60,172 nt of DNA, from positions 24,636,569 through 24,696,740 of the forward strand of contig NC_057749.1 of NCBI RefSeq assembly GCF_004010195.1. The letters run 5' to 3'. The stretch's first letter is position 1. Each line of letters opens with the position of its first letter. The DNA is from Chiloscyllium plagiosum (taxonomy: Eukaryota). Positions 48,955 through 59,949 of this stretch are shown piece by piece. A model generated the notes under the pieces. It made no database searches and had not been told where the DNA came from. It saw nothing but the letters and a program-made list of their open reading frames with translations. Made by a program: the position numbers and the translations under genes.

Positions 48955-49720
48955 GACCCATTTTGGAGGTTTGATCTCAGGCAGGCAGCTGAAGAAGGAT
49001 GCAGAAACAGTGAGGTCTCTCTGTCTGCTTTCCTTTTCGTTGTCTTCCTATGCTTTTATTTAATGTTTCCATTTATTATGGTACCTTGCCTTCTTTTAAC
49101 AACTTTGGCAGAAGGTTTTGCCCTCAGCCTGGGCCCAGCAATGCGGTACCTTTCAACAGCCCAGAATGGTGACATACGCCTGGCAGGATGGTCTTGGCCT
49201 GTAAGGGCAGTTTGGGCCTGGCAGAATGGTCTTGGCCTGGAGGGGCAGTATAAGCCTGGCAGGACAGTCTTGTCCATGAGGGGGCAGTATAGGCCTGGCA
49301 GGACAGTCTTGTCCAGGAGGTGCAGTACAGGCCTAGCAGGATGGTCTTGTCCATGAGGGGGCACTATATGCCTGGCAGGATGATCTTGTCCAGGAAGGGT
49401 GGTCTTGGCCCGGAGAGGTGGTATCGGCCTGGCAGTGAGGTCTCGTCTTGGAGTGGAGGTCTCATCCTTGCTTCGGAGGTGGCCTAGCATGGAACTCTAG
49501 TCCTGGCTTGGCAGGGCAGTCTCGGCCTAACACTGCTTTCCCAGCCTACTCTGAACCCGGTAGTCAATCATTCAACTATGATGAACTTTTGCTTTTTTTT
49601 CCTTATTTATGATTTCAGTAATGAATTTAGGTGCCGTAAAAGTAGTAAAGGTGTAGTAAAAGCTCTTCACTATACTTTTTGTAAAAGTACATGTGACAAT
49701 AAATGGCTGTTCTATTCTAG
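48955..49720 (+). mobile_element. Rex-tailed VNTR-containing retroposon, divergent subfamily
   Basis: Pyrimidine tract, ~19/39-bp gcctggcagga VNTR at 49180-49530, tail aaagctcttcactatac...gtacatgtgacaataaa. Confidence 0.6.
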
Positions 49721-49724
49721 ACTA

Positions 49725-49985
49725 TTCAAGCAGCATCATGTAGTGACTAATTAATGTGTTTTGAGTGCTGTTGACTGAGGGAGAAATAGTGGGCAGGACT
49801 TCAGCAAGGAATCCTTCATAGGAGCACGAGGGGATCTTCCATGTCCATTGGAGAGAGTACATTGTGTCATCTGATGTGCAGTCAATGCAGCGTTCCCTCC
49901 GTACTGCAGTGAAGGCTCACCCCAGATGGTGTGCTCAAGTCGCCGGGGCTAGGGTTGAACATGCAATCTACTCATTGAGAAAACC
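49725..49985 (-). mobile_element. DeuSINE-type relic
   Basis: tgcagcgttccctccgtactgca, gggatcttccatgtcca. Confidence 0.55.
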
Positions 49986-50165
49986 AGTGATCCCCTTGTA
50001 TTGATGGTTATTATCCCTTTGACTTCCAGGGAATGCTCACAAAACTATTACACGGCACAGATTTGGAAATATTCAATATTATGTTAATGTATTTTTATTG
50101 ATTTAACCTATTTTTCTAACCGACCTGTTCAGAGATATCATTACTTCTGGAGAAGGTCTCAGGTC

Positions 50166-50277
50166 AAAGAGGGTGGTCCTGGAAAAGCACATCCTCAGGT
50201 GTTGCCTCCCTGGCTGTGTTTTTCCAGCACCACACTTATAGACTCTGATCTCCAGCATCTAGGTCACCCCTTTCTCC
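50166..50277. mobile_element. Deleted PLE family A fold-back inside a short SINE
   Basis: TSD aggtctcaggtc at 50154-50165 and 50278-50289. Confidence 0.75.
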
Positions 50278-50901
50278 AGGTCTCAGGTCTCCCAGACCAA
50301 GCGTAGGGATGCTACAACTACACCCCACGAGGGCTAAAAATATTAGTCTTGAATTCGGGCATTTTTTTTCTCCGTGGAATGGAACTACTTTTGCACCCTC
50401 CCTGTTGGGACTGACACTGTTTCTATGCAACGGTTTGTGTGGACAGGGAGTTGCAAGGTGGGGGTTAGGCTAGAAACATAATCGATACAGCAATGCAATC
50501 AGTGCTCTGCATATTGTGGAAATGTGTTTGCAGCTGGCAAAAGTTCATTGCTTTGTTTCCGTTCTCATAGAAAATCCGTCTGAAAGCTTACGGGATGCTG
50601 AGTCAGCAGCTCGAAATACTTCACAGGACATAAATCAAAGTGACAAAGATTTCCACAGTTTGGTCCTTGTCCTGATTTATTCCACTTTCTGACTGATGCC
50701 AGTTGTGTATTTTTATATTTAATTAAAGCGCAGCACAGTTTGGTGAAAGGTGTTTGGCTCGGGGTGAAGTTTATTGCTGGCAGCGTGCCTGCAAAAAGTC
50801 TAGATTAGATTTGTCATTTTGCAGTTTACATTGGTATCCAGGTTAGAGTTCTGTCCAGCCTCTCTCACATTGGGGCTGAATGAATTGTGTGGTAGAAGTC
50901 T

Positions 50902-51219
50902 CATAGAATCCCTACAGTGTGGGAACAGGCTCTTCGGCCTAACAAGTCCACACTGACCCTGCGAAGAGTAACCCACCCAGACCCGTTCCCCTACATTTCC
51001 CCCTGACTAATGCACCTAACCTACACATCCCTAAACACTATGGGCAATTTATCACAGCCAATCCACCCTAAACTGCACATCTTTGGACTGTGGGAAGAAA
51101 CCAGAGCAAGCACACGCACTCACAGGGAGAACTTGCAAACTCCACACAGACAGTTGCCCAGAAGCTAGAATCGAACCCGGGACCCTGGCATTGTGAGGCT
51201 AACCACTCAGCCACCAGGC
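50902..51219 (-). mobile_element. HE1-type SINE
   Basis: Reverse-complement motifs. Confidence 0.85.
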
Positions 51220-51232
51220 CCTCCGTGATTGA

Positions 51233-51443
51233 GCGCAGCAGGTCAGGCAGCATCCAGGGAACAGGAGAATCGATGTTTCGGGCATAAGCCCTTCTTCAGG
51301 AAGAAGAGCTTATGCCCTTCCTGAAGAAGGGCTTATGCCAGAAACGTCGATTCTCCTGTTCCCTGGATGCTGCCTGACCTGCTGCGCTTTTCCAGCAACA
51401 CATTTTCAGCTCTGATCTCCAGCATCTGCAGTCCTCACTTTCT
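51233..51443. mobile_element. PLE family A fold-back with three hammerhead cores/partials
   Basis: TSD cctccgtgattga at 51220-51232 and 51444-51456. Confidence 0.9.
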
Positions 51444-51717
51444 CCTCCGTGATTGAACCATGGGGAAGGGTAATTGACCAACAAAAGAGCATAGAGACAT
51501 AAAAAAGGGGGAAATGTAATAACAGAGAATCTAGCAAAATAAAAGACCATCAGACCATTAGATTCCAGGTTTGAACATACAACATTAACTTTACTGTGTA
51601 GCATTAGAATAACATACAATCTACAGCACACAGACATCTTAACATCTACTTAAAGTATGGCCTATATGTGCAACAGAATAGTTGTACATTCATAGCATAC
51701 AGCAAATATGAATGAAT

Positions 51718-51880
51718 TGGTGGTGCCGGTGTTGGACTGAGGTGGACAAAGTTAACAATCACACACAGCTCCAGGTTATAGTCCAACAGGTTTATTTGGA
51801 AGCACTAGCTTTCGTAGCTCTGCTCCTTCGTCAGGTGGTTGTGGAGTATAGGATCGTAATACACAGAATTTGAAGTAAAC
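51718..51880 (-). mobile_element. PLE family B fragment
   Basis: Minus strand reads cac CTGACGA a ggagc aga gctac GAAA gcta gtg. Confidence 0.75.
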
Positions 51881-52414
51881 GTACAACAGGGCGTGGATTT
51901 AGCTTGTTCTGTATAGCTCAGGAAATGAATTTCGCAACATTTCATCTCAATGACCAAATAATTGGAATGATTGATGGGCAAGTGTGTTATGGTCTGAAGC
52001 TGAATACCAGTACCTACTCACAGGTACAGTTTCAGCTTTTATGCAGACAGCTAGCTTCACCAAGCTGCTGCTGCACCCACTGTTCTCTGAGGTCTGATCT
52101 TACTCACCCACACAAAGCGAATACTGCTATGTCCTTGTTACTTGCCTCCCCTGCAGTCAGCTGTATTTAACAGTCACTGACACATTGCTTCTACAGAGCT
52201 CCCAGGACATTTCCTGATCCTGACTCCAATATTTAGCTATCTCGTAATTCTTTGAACTGCTCCCTGTGTTCTAACAGCACAGAGCATCTAATTGTTCTTG
52301 TCATCTCACTGACTGCCTCCCAGCAATATAGCTAAAAGCAGCACTGATGAACATGGGATCACCCTCTGCCTCTGTCTGTTATTTTTTCCAACATTCTGCA
52401 ATATTTGAACTAGG

Positions 52415-52582
52415 AGAAAGTGAGGACTGCAGATGTTGGAGGTAAGAGACGAGAGTGTGGTGCTGGAAAAGCACAGCCGGTCAGGCAGCATCCAAGGAGC
52501 AGGAAAATCGACGTTTCGGGCATAAGCCTTTCATCTGGAATGCTGCCTGACCTGCTGTACTTTTCCAGCACCACACACTCAG
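52415..52582. mobile_element. PLE family A fold-back
   Basis: TSD tatttgaactagg at 52402-52414 and 52583-52595. Confidence 0.85.
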
Positions 52583-52591
52583 TATTTGAAC

Positions 52592-52960
52592 TAGGTTGAG
52601 GGGTGACCTTATAAAAGTTTGTAAAATCATGAGGGGCATAGGTAAGGGAACGGCAGGTGTCTTTTCCATAGGGTTAGAAATTTCAAGACAAGGGGGCATA
52701 CTTTTAAGGTGAGAGGAGAACGATTTAAAAAAAGGAAACGGGGCACCTATTTTACACAGAGTGGTTCGTGTATGGAATGAGCTTCCAGAGGAAGTGGTGG
52801 ATGCAGGTACAGTTGCAACATTTAAAAGACTTCAGGAGAAGTACATGAAAAGGAAAGGTTTTGGAGGGATAAGGGCTAACATTGGCAGGTGGGACTAGTT
52901 TACTATGGGATTAGGGTCGGCGTAGACTAGTTGGATTGTTGCTGTATGACTCTATGACTG
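52592..52960 (+). mobile_element. CR1 3' fragment
   Basis: RLRGDLIKVCKIMRG; tatgactc tail. Confidence 0.9.
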
Positions 52961-53223
52961 TATAACTCTTCTTTAGTGATCTCCAAACTGCTCTGAGTGA
53001 CCAGTTGAAAACTTCAAATCACCTCTGCCCCTATTGAATTAAATGTAAAGGTATAGCAATTCTTGCGACTGAGTGTGTTCTGATGTTACAATTGACAGTT
53101 TGCTGGCTTACTTGGAGCAATCTGTTTAGCTCAGGAATTGAATTTTGCCACATTTCATCTCAATGACCAAATAATCAGAAATGTTGATAGGCAAGTGTGT
53201 TATGGGTAATGGGTAGCAGGATT

Positions 53224-54090
53224 TAGACAATAGACAATAGACAATAGGCGCAGGAGTAGGCCATTCTGCCCTTCGAGCCTGCACCACCATTCAATATGAT
53301 CACGGCTGATCATCCTTAATCAGTATCTTGTTCCTGCCTTATCTCCATAACCCTTGATTCCACTATCCTTGAGAGCTCTATCCAACTCTTTCTTAAATGA
53401 ATCCAGAGACTGGGCCTCCACTGCCCCCTGGGGCAGAGCATTCCACACAGCCACCACTCTCTGGGTGAAGAAGCTTCTCCTCATCTCTGTCCTAAATGGT
53501 CTACCCCGTATTTTTACCTACGCTGCACTCCCTCAATCGCCAGAATGTCTTTTCTCAAATTTGGAGACCAGAACTGCACACAGTACTCCAGGTGTGGTCT
53601 CACCAGGGCCCTGTACAGCTGCAGAAGCACCTCTTTGCTTCTATACTCAATTCCTCTTGTTATGAAGGCCAGCATGCTATTAGCCTTCTTCACTACCTGC
53701 TGTACCTGTATGCTTACCTTCATTGACTGGTGTGCAAGAACACCCAGATCTCTTTACCTAAATTGATTCCATTTAGGTCGTAATCTGTCTTTCTGTTCTT
53801 GCCACCAAAGTGGATAGCCATACATTTATCCACATTAAACTGCATCTGCCATGCATCTGACCACTCACCTAACCTGTCCATGCCACCCTGTAATCTCCTT
53901 ACATCCTCCTCACATTTCACCCTGCCACCCAGCTTAGTATCATCAGCAAATTTGCTAATGTTATTACTAATACCATGTTCTATATCATTAACATATATTG
54001 TAAAAAGCTGCGGTCCCAGCACTGATCCCTGCGGTACCCCACTGGTCACTGCCTGCCATTCTGAAATGGAGCCGTTTATCACTACTCTTT
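53224..54090 (-). mobile_element. CR1 LINE, distinct subfamily, internally deleted
   Basis: SGVPQGSVLGPQLFTIYVND, KFADDTKLGG, LVRPHLEYCVQFWSP; (agacaat)n terminal repeat. Confidence 0.95.
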
Positions 54091-54224
54091 AAGACCCAGG
54101 CGAGTTGTCATCGAAAGAAATAGCACAACAAATTCAAGGGGCTGAATGGCCTCCACTTGTCACTATTATATTCCTTTCTTTGAAGGGTTTTAGTGACAGG
54201 GTGCAGAGATGGTCACCTTGGGGA

Positions 54225-54500
54225 GAGAAGTTTTGGGATTTACATATTAATGAACCGAAATCTGCAACCCATTCTAAAAGATGAAAGACTTAAGAAAAAT
54301 CTAGGTTTGTTCAATATATCGTTTCCATTGCATGACACTATAACTGTTTGCTATAAATTCTGTGTATTATGTTCCTGCTCCACATCCACCTGATGAAGGA
54401 GCAGCGCTCCGAAAGCTAGTGCTTCCAAATAAACCTGTTGGACTATAATTTGGTGTTGTGTGATTTTTAACTTTGTCCACCCCAGTCCAACACCAACACC
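54225..54500 (+). mobile_element. PLE family B terminal fragment
   Basis: Homologous to 39955-40550; intact hammerhead, aataaa, family B tail. Confidence 0.8.
54387..54421 (+). ncRNA. Minimal type-I hammerhead ribozyme motif (family B), best-preserved copy
   Basis: Stem I cac/gtg, CTGATGA 54390-54396, stem II ggagc/gctcc, GAAA 54411-54414, stem III AGCT, predicted cleavage after A54418 (CUA). Confidence 0.75.
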
Positions 54501-54804
54501 TTGGGGAAGTGCAAGGAAGTGAAGAGAGGATTGGAAGGGTGGTGTGGTTACAGGGTTGATGCGGTCCCCAAGGTGAAGTGAGGTGTGGTTTGGTTGAACA
54601 TGTGTAAAAGGAAATGGAATGGTTTTAAGTTATGCTGTTCATTGCATTGATTCTATATTTGTTATTAATATTGCGCTACCTGCTTCTAATCCTTTTAGGT
54701 TAATAATTAAAACGGGCAAAGTATTTGATGCTATCCATTTATGAACTCACCACTGGACTGATTGTCTAACTTTGATAGATTTTTTCATTGACACTGTATC
54801 GAGA

Positions 54805-55530
54805 AAGGTAAAAACAATGACTGCAGATGCTGTAAACCAGAGTCTAGATTAGAGTAATGCTGGAAAAGCACAGCAATTCAGGCAGCATCTGAGGAGCAGG
54901 AAAATTGACATTTCTTTCTTTTTATTACTTACAGTGTGGAAACAGGCCCTTCGGCCCAACAAGTCCACACCGACCCGCTGAAGCACAACCCACCCAGACC
55001 CATTCCCTTACGTTTACCCCTGCCCCTAACACAAAGGGCAACTTAGCACAGCCGATTCACCTAACCTGCACATTTTTGGACTGTGGGAGGTAACCGGAGC
55101 ACCCGGAGGAAACCCACGCAGACACGGGGAGAATGTGCAAACTCCACACAGACAGTCACCTGGGCCGGGAATGGAACCCAGGTCTCTGGCGCTGTGAGGC
55201 AGCAGTGCTAACCACTGTGCCACCGTGCCACCCTTCATCAGGAATACAGGCAGAGAGCCTGAAGGGTGGAGAGATAAGTGAGAGGAGGGTGGGTTGGGGA
55301 GAAAATAGCATAGAGTACAATAGGTGAGTGGGGGAGGGGATGAAGGTGATAGGTCAGGGGGGAGGGGTGGAGTAGATAGGTGGAAAAGAAGATAGGCAGG
55401 TAGGACAAGTCATGGGGACAGTGCTGAGCTGGAAGTTTGGAACTGGGGTGAGGTAGGGGAAGGGGAAATGAGGACTGGGGTGAGGTGGGAGAAGGGGAAG
55501 TGAGGTACTGGGGTGAGGTGGGGGACTGAA
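54805..55530 (-). mobile_element. PLE family A, long terminal fragment, split by HE1
   Basis: Body at 54805-54914; cccttcatcaggaatacagg and purine-rich leader from 55231. Confidence 0.75.
54915..55230 (-). mobile_element. HE1-type SINE
   Basis: Full length, low divergence. Confidence 0.9.
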
Positions 55531-55667
55531 TCGAGAAAGAAAAGCAGGTGTCAGTGGTACGGCAGAGGATTCAGACTGACGAAGATGCTTTTGCATAATG
55601 CTGGAGGTTATGAGCTGATCCATCATAGGCCATTTATGACTGAAGTGAGGAGAAATGTCTTCACCCA

Positions 55668-56455
55668 TAGAATCATAGATTTGTACAGCACAGAAACAGA
55701 CCCTTCAGTCCAGCTCGATCATGCCGATCAGATATCCTAAATTAATCTAGTCTCATTTGCCAGCAATTGGCCCAAATCCCTCTAAACTCTTCCTATTCAT
55801 ATACCCATCCAGATGCCTTTTAAATGTTGCAATTGTACCAGCCTCCACTTCAACTGGCAGCTCGTTCCATACACGTACCACCGTCTGTGTGAAAAAGTTG
55901 AAATCTTTCCTCTCTCACCCTAAATCTACACCTGCTAGTTTTAGATTCCTCTACCCTGAGGTAAAGATCTTGTCTATTTATTCTATCCATGCCCCTCATG
56001 GTTTTATAAACCTCTATGAGGTCATCCCTCAGCCTTTGACATTCCAGGGAAAACAGCCTCAGACTATTCAGCCTCTCCCTGTAGATTAGATTCCCTACAT
56101 TGTGGAAACAGGCCATTCGGCATAACAAGTCCACTCCGACCCTCTGAAGAGCAATCCACCCAGACCCATTTCCCTCTGACTAATGCACCTAGCACTATGG
56201 GCAATTTAGCTCGGCCAATTCACCTGATCTGAACATCTTTGGACTGTGGGAGGAAACCAGAGCACCTGGAGGAAACCCACGCAGACACGGGGAGAATGTG
56301 CAAACTCCACACAGACAGTCGCCCGAGGCGGGAATCGAACTTGGGGCCCTGGTGCTGTGAGGCAGCAATGCTAAACACTGCGCCAACGTGCCACCCTAGC
56401 TCAAACCCTCCAACATTGGCAACATCCTTGTCAATCTTTTCTGAACCCTTTCAAG
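55668..56455 (-). mobile_element. CR1 3' fragment nested in an older plus-strand CR1 relic (55620-57225)
   Basis: RLRDDLIEVYKTMRG; host resumes at 56456 and 57148. Confidence 0.85.
56083..56396 (-). mobile_element. HE1-type SINE nested in CR1
   Basis: Full length. Confidence 0.9.
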
Positions 56456-56599
56456 TAGTGGTGAGCCTGTTGAAATTTCTGACTCATAAAGGGTTGAGAT
56501 GAAAACATTGAATGCTTTCAAGGAGTTAGATGCAAAAGGAGTTGGATCTCAGGGCCAAAGGGGTCAGAGAGTATGTGAAGAAAGTGGCAACAGGAGGAG

Positions 56600-57135
56600 G
56601 CAATAGCCTATGGTATTGTCGTTAGTCCAGGGGCACAGGTAATGTCCTGGGCACCTGGGTCTGACTCCTGTCAAGGCTGATGGTAGAATTTGAATTCAGT
56701 GAAGAATACTCCTGCAATTAAGAATCTAATGTTAACAATACCAATTTGTTGGAAAAAGACCACCTGTTTTATTAACGTCCTCTGGGGAAGGAAACTCTGT
56801 CCTTACCTGGTCTGGCCTCCATGTGACTCCAATTGGAGTCAACAATGTGGTTGACTCCTAACTGCACCTTGTAGCGATTGCAGGTGGACCTCATAGAATA
56901 TGAGTTCTCTGACTGGGGCTGCTGACCTGGTTCAATCGGGGAGCCCTGGATGACAAGTAGAAATGTCAGGGGTTCTGTTCACTCTGAGAGCTGGATCAGT
57001 GGGCATGTGTGAATAGAGGATGAGTAGGTGACGGGATACCAGCCTTGGGGGAGTCATTTCAGTCCTCTGGGCAATTAGGGATGAACAATGAATGTTGGTC
57101 TGACCAGTGATGCACACAATCTCATGAATGAATAC
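56600..57135 (+). mobile_element. SINE-X split by a solo LTR
   Basis: gtccttacctggtctggcctccatgtgactcc core; gggcaattagggatg tail. Confidence 0.75.
56870..57061 (+). mobile_element. Solo LTR (same family as 3150-3386)
   Basis: TG...CA termini; gaatatgagttc, gttctgttcactctgagagctgg. Confidence 0.65.
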
Positions 57136-57701
57136 GACCAACAAAGATACTGAGTTGAATGATCAGCCATGAGCATGTTGAATAGCAGGGTAGGCTTATA
57201 GGGCTGAATGGCCTACTCCTGCTGTTATTTTATTTGATTCAATGTTGAACGGACTCCTTCTGAACTCAAACCACTCCATCTTCCAAATTAGATATCTAAA
57301 TCTTAAAGGCCAGTGTCATCCTAGTCTGGGTTTGTAAGCACTCCAGGAACAATATTAATGTGGCAATGCATCATTCTTATTTTAATTTCAGTGATTAATT
57401 TTAACAACGGCATGCCTGATAAGCCCTAGCTCTGAGTCCCATTGTTGTGTTCACATGAACCTGGCACGTTCAGACCACAAGAAATTAAAACCACTGCCTT
57501 GAATGTTAACGGTGCAGCTTAATCTTGCAATAATGTGACATTAAAGAATAACTTGTTCTCAATTGGTTGCACGATATTACAGGCTGCTTTTCCAAATTGT
57601 CAAGGATTGATGCAGGGACTGTAGGCTTGGCAGGATTCAGATACTGCACAGTGTGCACCCTGGCTGAGAATATATCTCACTCCCAATGAGACAGTTTCAG
57701 A

Positions 57702-58015
57702 CTAGATTCCCTACAGTGTGGAAACAGGCCCTTTTGGCCTAACAAGTCCACACCAACCCTCCCAAGAGTAACCCACCCAGACCCATTCCCCTCTAGCTAA
57801 TGCACCTAACACTGCGGGCAATTTAGCATGGACAGTTCAACTGACCTGCACATCTTTGTGACTGTGGGAGGAAACCAGAGCACCTGGAGAAAACCCACGC
57901 AGACACGGGGAGAGTGTGCAAACTCCACACAGACAGTCACCCAAGGCTGGAATTGAACTTGGGATCCTGGTGGTGTGAGGCAGCAGTGCTAACCACTGAG
58001 CCACTGTGCCGCCCT
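57702..58015 (-). mobile_element. HE1-type SINE
   Basis: Full length. Confidence 0.9.
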
Positions 58016-58954
58016 TTTGATAGCACCAGGATTAAGGCTTGCCAGTCTGTGTTGGAACTGATGGGCAAATAGTTCAGTGTATGGCACAAGTTGTGAATGC
58101 TGAGGTTGCACTGCAGGTCTGGTTAATTAGACATTGGCTTTAATCTCAGAGGACTGAGTGTGCAATGCCAACGGAGTGAAAGATAATGAATAGTTCCCCG
58201 TGTAGCAATGGAATTCTGTCGGAGAAATTAGCCCAATAAATTAGAGATCACAAAGCACAGTTCGAAGTGAAATTGACTAACAGTTAATTAGTAGGGCGAT
58301 GTCACAGAAGAGAAATTGACTAAGCTGCAACAGCGCAGACAGTCTGTCCAGGTAGGTGAGAATTCTCTTCCTTGAGTTGAGGATGATGCCAGGTTTTATA
58401 GGAATCTTGTACAATAAGGAAAGATATAATGTATTTGGAAATGGAGTAATCCAGTTACAGTGATGATAATTGAAAAACTGTTATCAGAAGAATGTCCTGA
58501 TTGTCGATACAATGCAACATCCTGACAGTGTCAATGGGATCAGGAGATTCCAGGTCTCTTTGCAGGCAGGTGAGAATGTCTCTTTTGAAACAGTAAGTTT
58601 TTTCCATTGTCCTGTCCTGGGAGCGAGGTCCTTGGTGGTGCCTCTTGGTCTGACCAGTTCTTTGTGTGGCTTTGGTATTGCTGAGTTATGAGACTGACCT
58701 TGGGGCTTTGGGACAGCTGTGTTGACCAGGTATTGTTAGTGCGTTTTGGGAAGTGTGTTCCCTTGTCTGCGAGTGCTGTCTGGTTTCACTTGTCAGCCTG
58801 CATGGTCCCTGCTGAGGCATTCTGGGTGTTTTTTTTGGTATAGTTTGGCCAAGTTTGCTTACCTATGTTCTGTGTGGGCCTATTATGGGTAGGCAGCGTG
58901 GTAGATCTTTTCCCACAAATTCCAAACCCTTTCTTTGTAGACTACCCTAGTATT

Positions 58955-59150
58955 AAAGAAAGAAGGTGCATTTATATAACACCAGTCACAACCACAGGGC
59001 AAATCGAAACGCTTCACAGTCAAGGATGAAGAACAATTACTGACCAAGCCACTGGGGTGCATTCACACTTCCTCTCTGAGTAGTGGCACAGGGTCTTTCA
59101 CATTTACCTTAAGAGAACAGGTAGGACTTTGATTTATCATTTTATCCAGT
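58955..59150 (-). mobile_element. DeuSINE-type relic
   Basis: tgcatttatataacacc tail and tagtggcacagggtctttcac core. Confidence 0.45.
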
Positions 59151-59161
59151 CTCCTCTGAGG

Positions 59162-59316
59162 TGCAGGATCAGAGTGGTGCTGGAATAGCACAGCAGGTCA
59201 GGCAGCATCCGAGGAGCAGGAGAATCGAAGTTTCGGGCAAAAGTCCTTCATCAGGAAAGGGTACCCACCTCCGCCTAGTTGATATTGACTCCAGCACCTG
59301 CAGTACCCACCTCCGC
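59162..59316. mobile_element. PLE family A insertion with partial inversion
   Basis: TSD ctcctctgagg at 59151-59161 and 59317-59327; gtacccacctccgcct duplicated internally. Confidence 0.8.
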
Positions 59317-59347
59317 CTCCTCTGAGGAACAGTCATTGTTGTAATGC

Positions 59348-59468
59348 CATAGAGTCAAAGCAGAATACAGCACGGAAACAGACCCTTCAGTCCAACTCGT
59401 CCAAGTTTTCCAAGCTAGTCCCACTTGCCTGCATTTGGCCCATGTCCCTTGAAACCTCTTCTATTCAT
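59348..59468 (-). mobile_element. CR1 3' UTR fragment
   Basis: cagcacggaaacagacccttcagtccaac. Confidence 0.8.
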
Positions 59469-59949
59469 GTTGCTGTCCAAACTGTAGGATTGAGCAAAAA
59501 TTCTCGTTTAAAATATTGGGCAAGACCTTGGGCTTTTCAAAAGTTTTAAAAATAAAGGGGATGGCTGGGCTGAGCTCTAGGAAAAATACACAAAGAACAG
59601 CTATCTGGGACCATTGTCCCGTCTGGAATTCCAATGTAGATCTCCACTCGCAGGGAACAATCAACCAAACCTAACACTCTAGACCCAAACTAACTTTTAC
59701 CTGTACAGTATGGGGCCTATCCAGAGACCCAACACTTGACTACAAACAAAGTTCATTTACAGAGATACTGGCCATACAACTTTAATCAACATCCATTTAA
59801 ACATACTCTTAAATATTGGGAAGCTAACTGACTTCAGAAGAAAACACCAGAAACACAGTGGACAACACAGCTTTGAGGGGAGATAAATGTGCCAGGCAGT
59901 CTGTATAACGACTAGGTCTGACCTGACCTGAGAGAGAGCCTTGTTCAAC

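Noticed and set aside
48616..49490. 246-aa and 144-aa ORFs
   Set aside because: Read-through of an HE1 SINE and a stop-poor VNTR; no protein-like features
58550..58600. Possible micro-exon (tctctttgcag|gcag|gtgaga)
   Set aside because: Splice-like motifs alone are common; no homology or transcript evidence available
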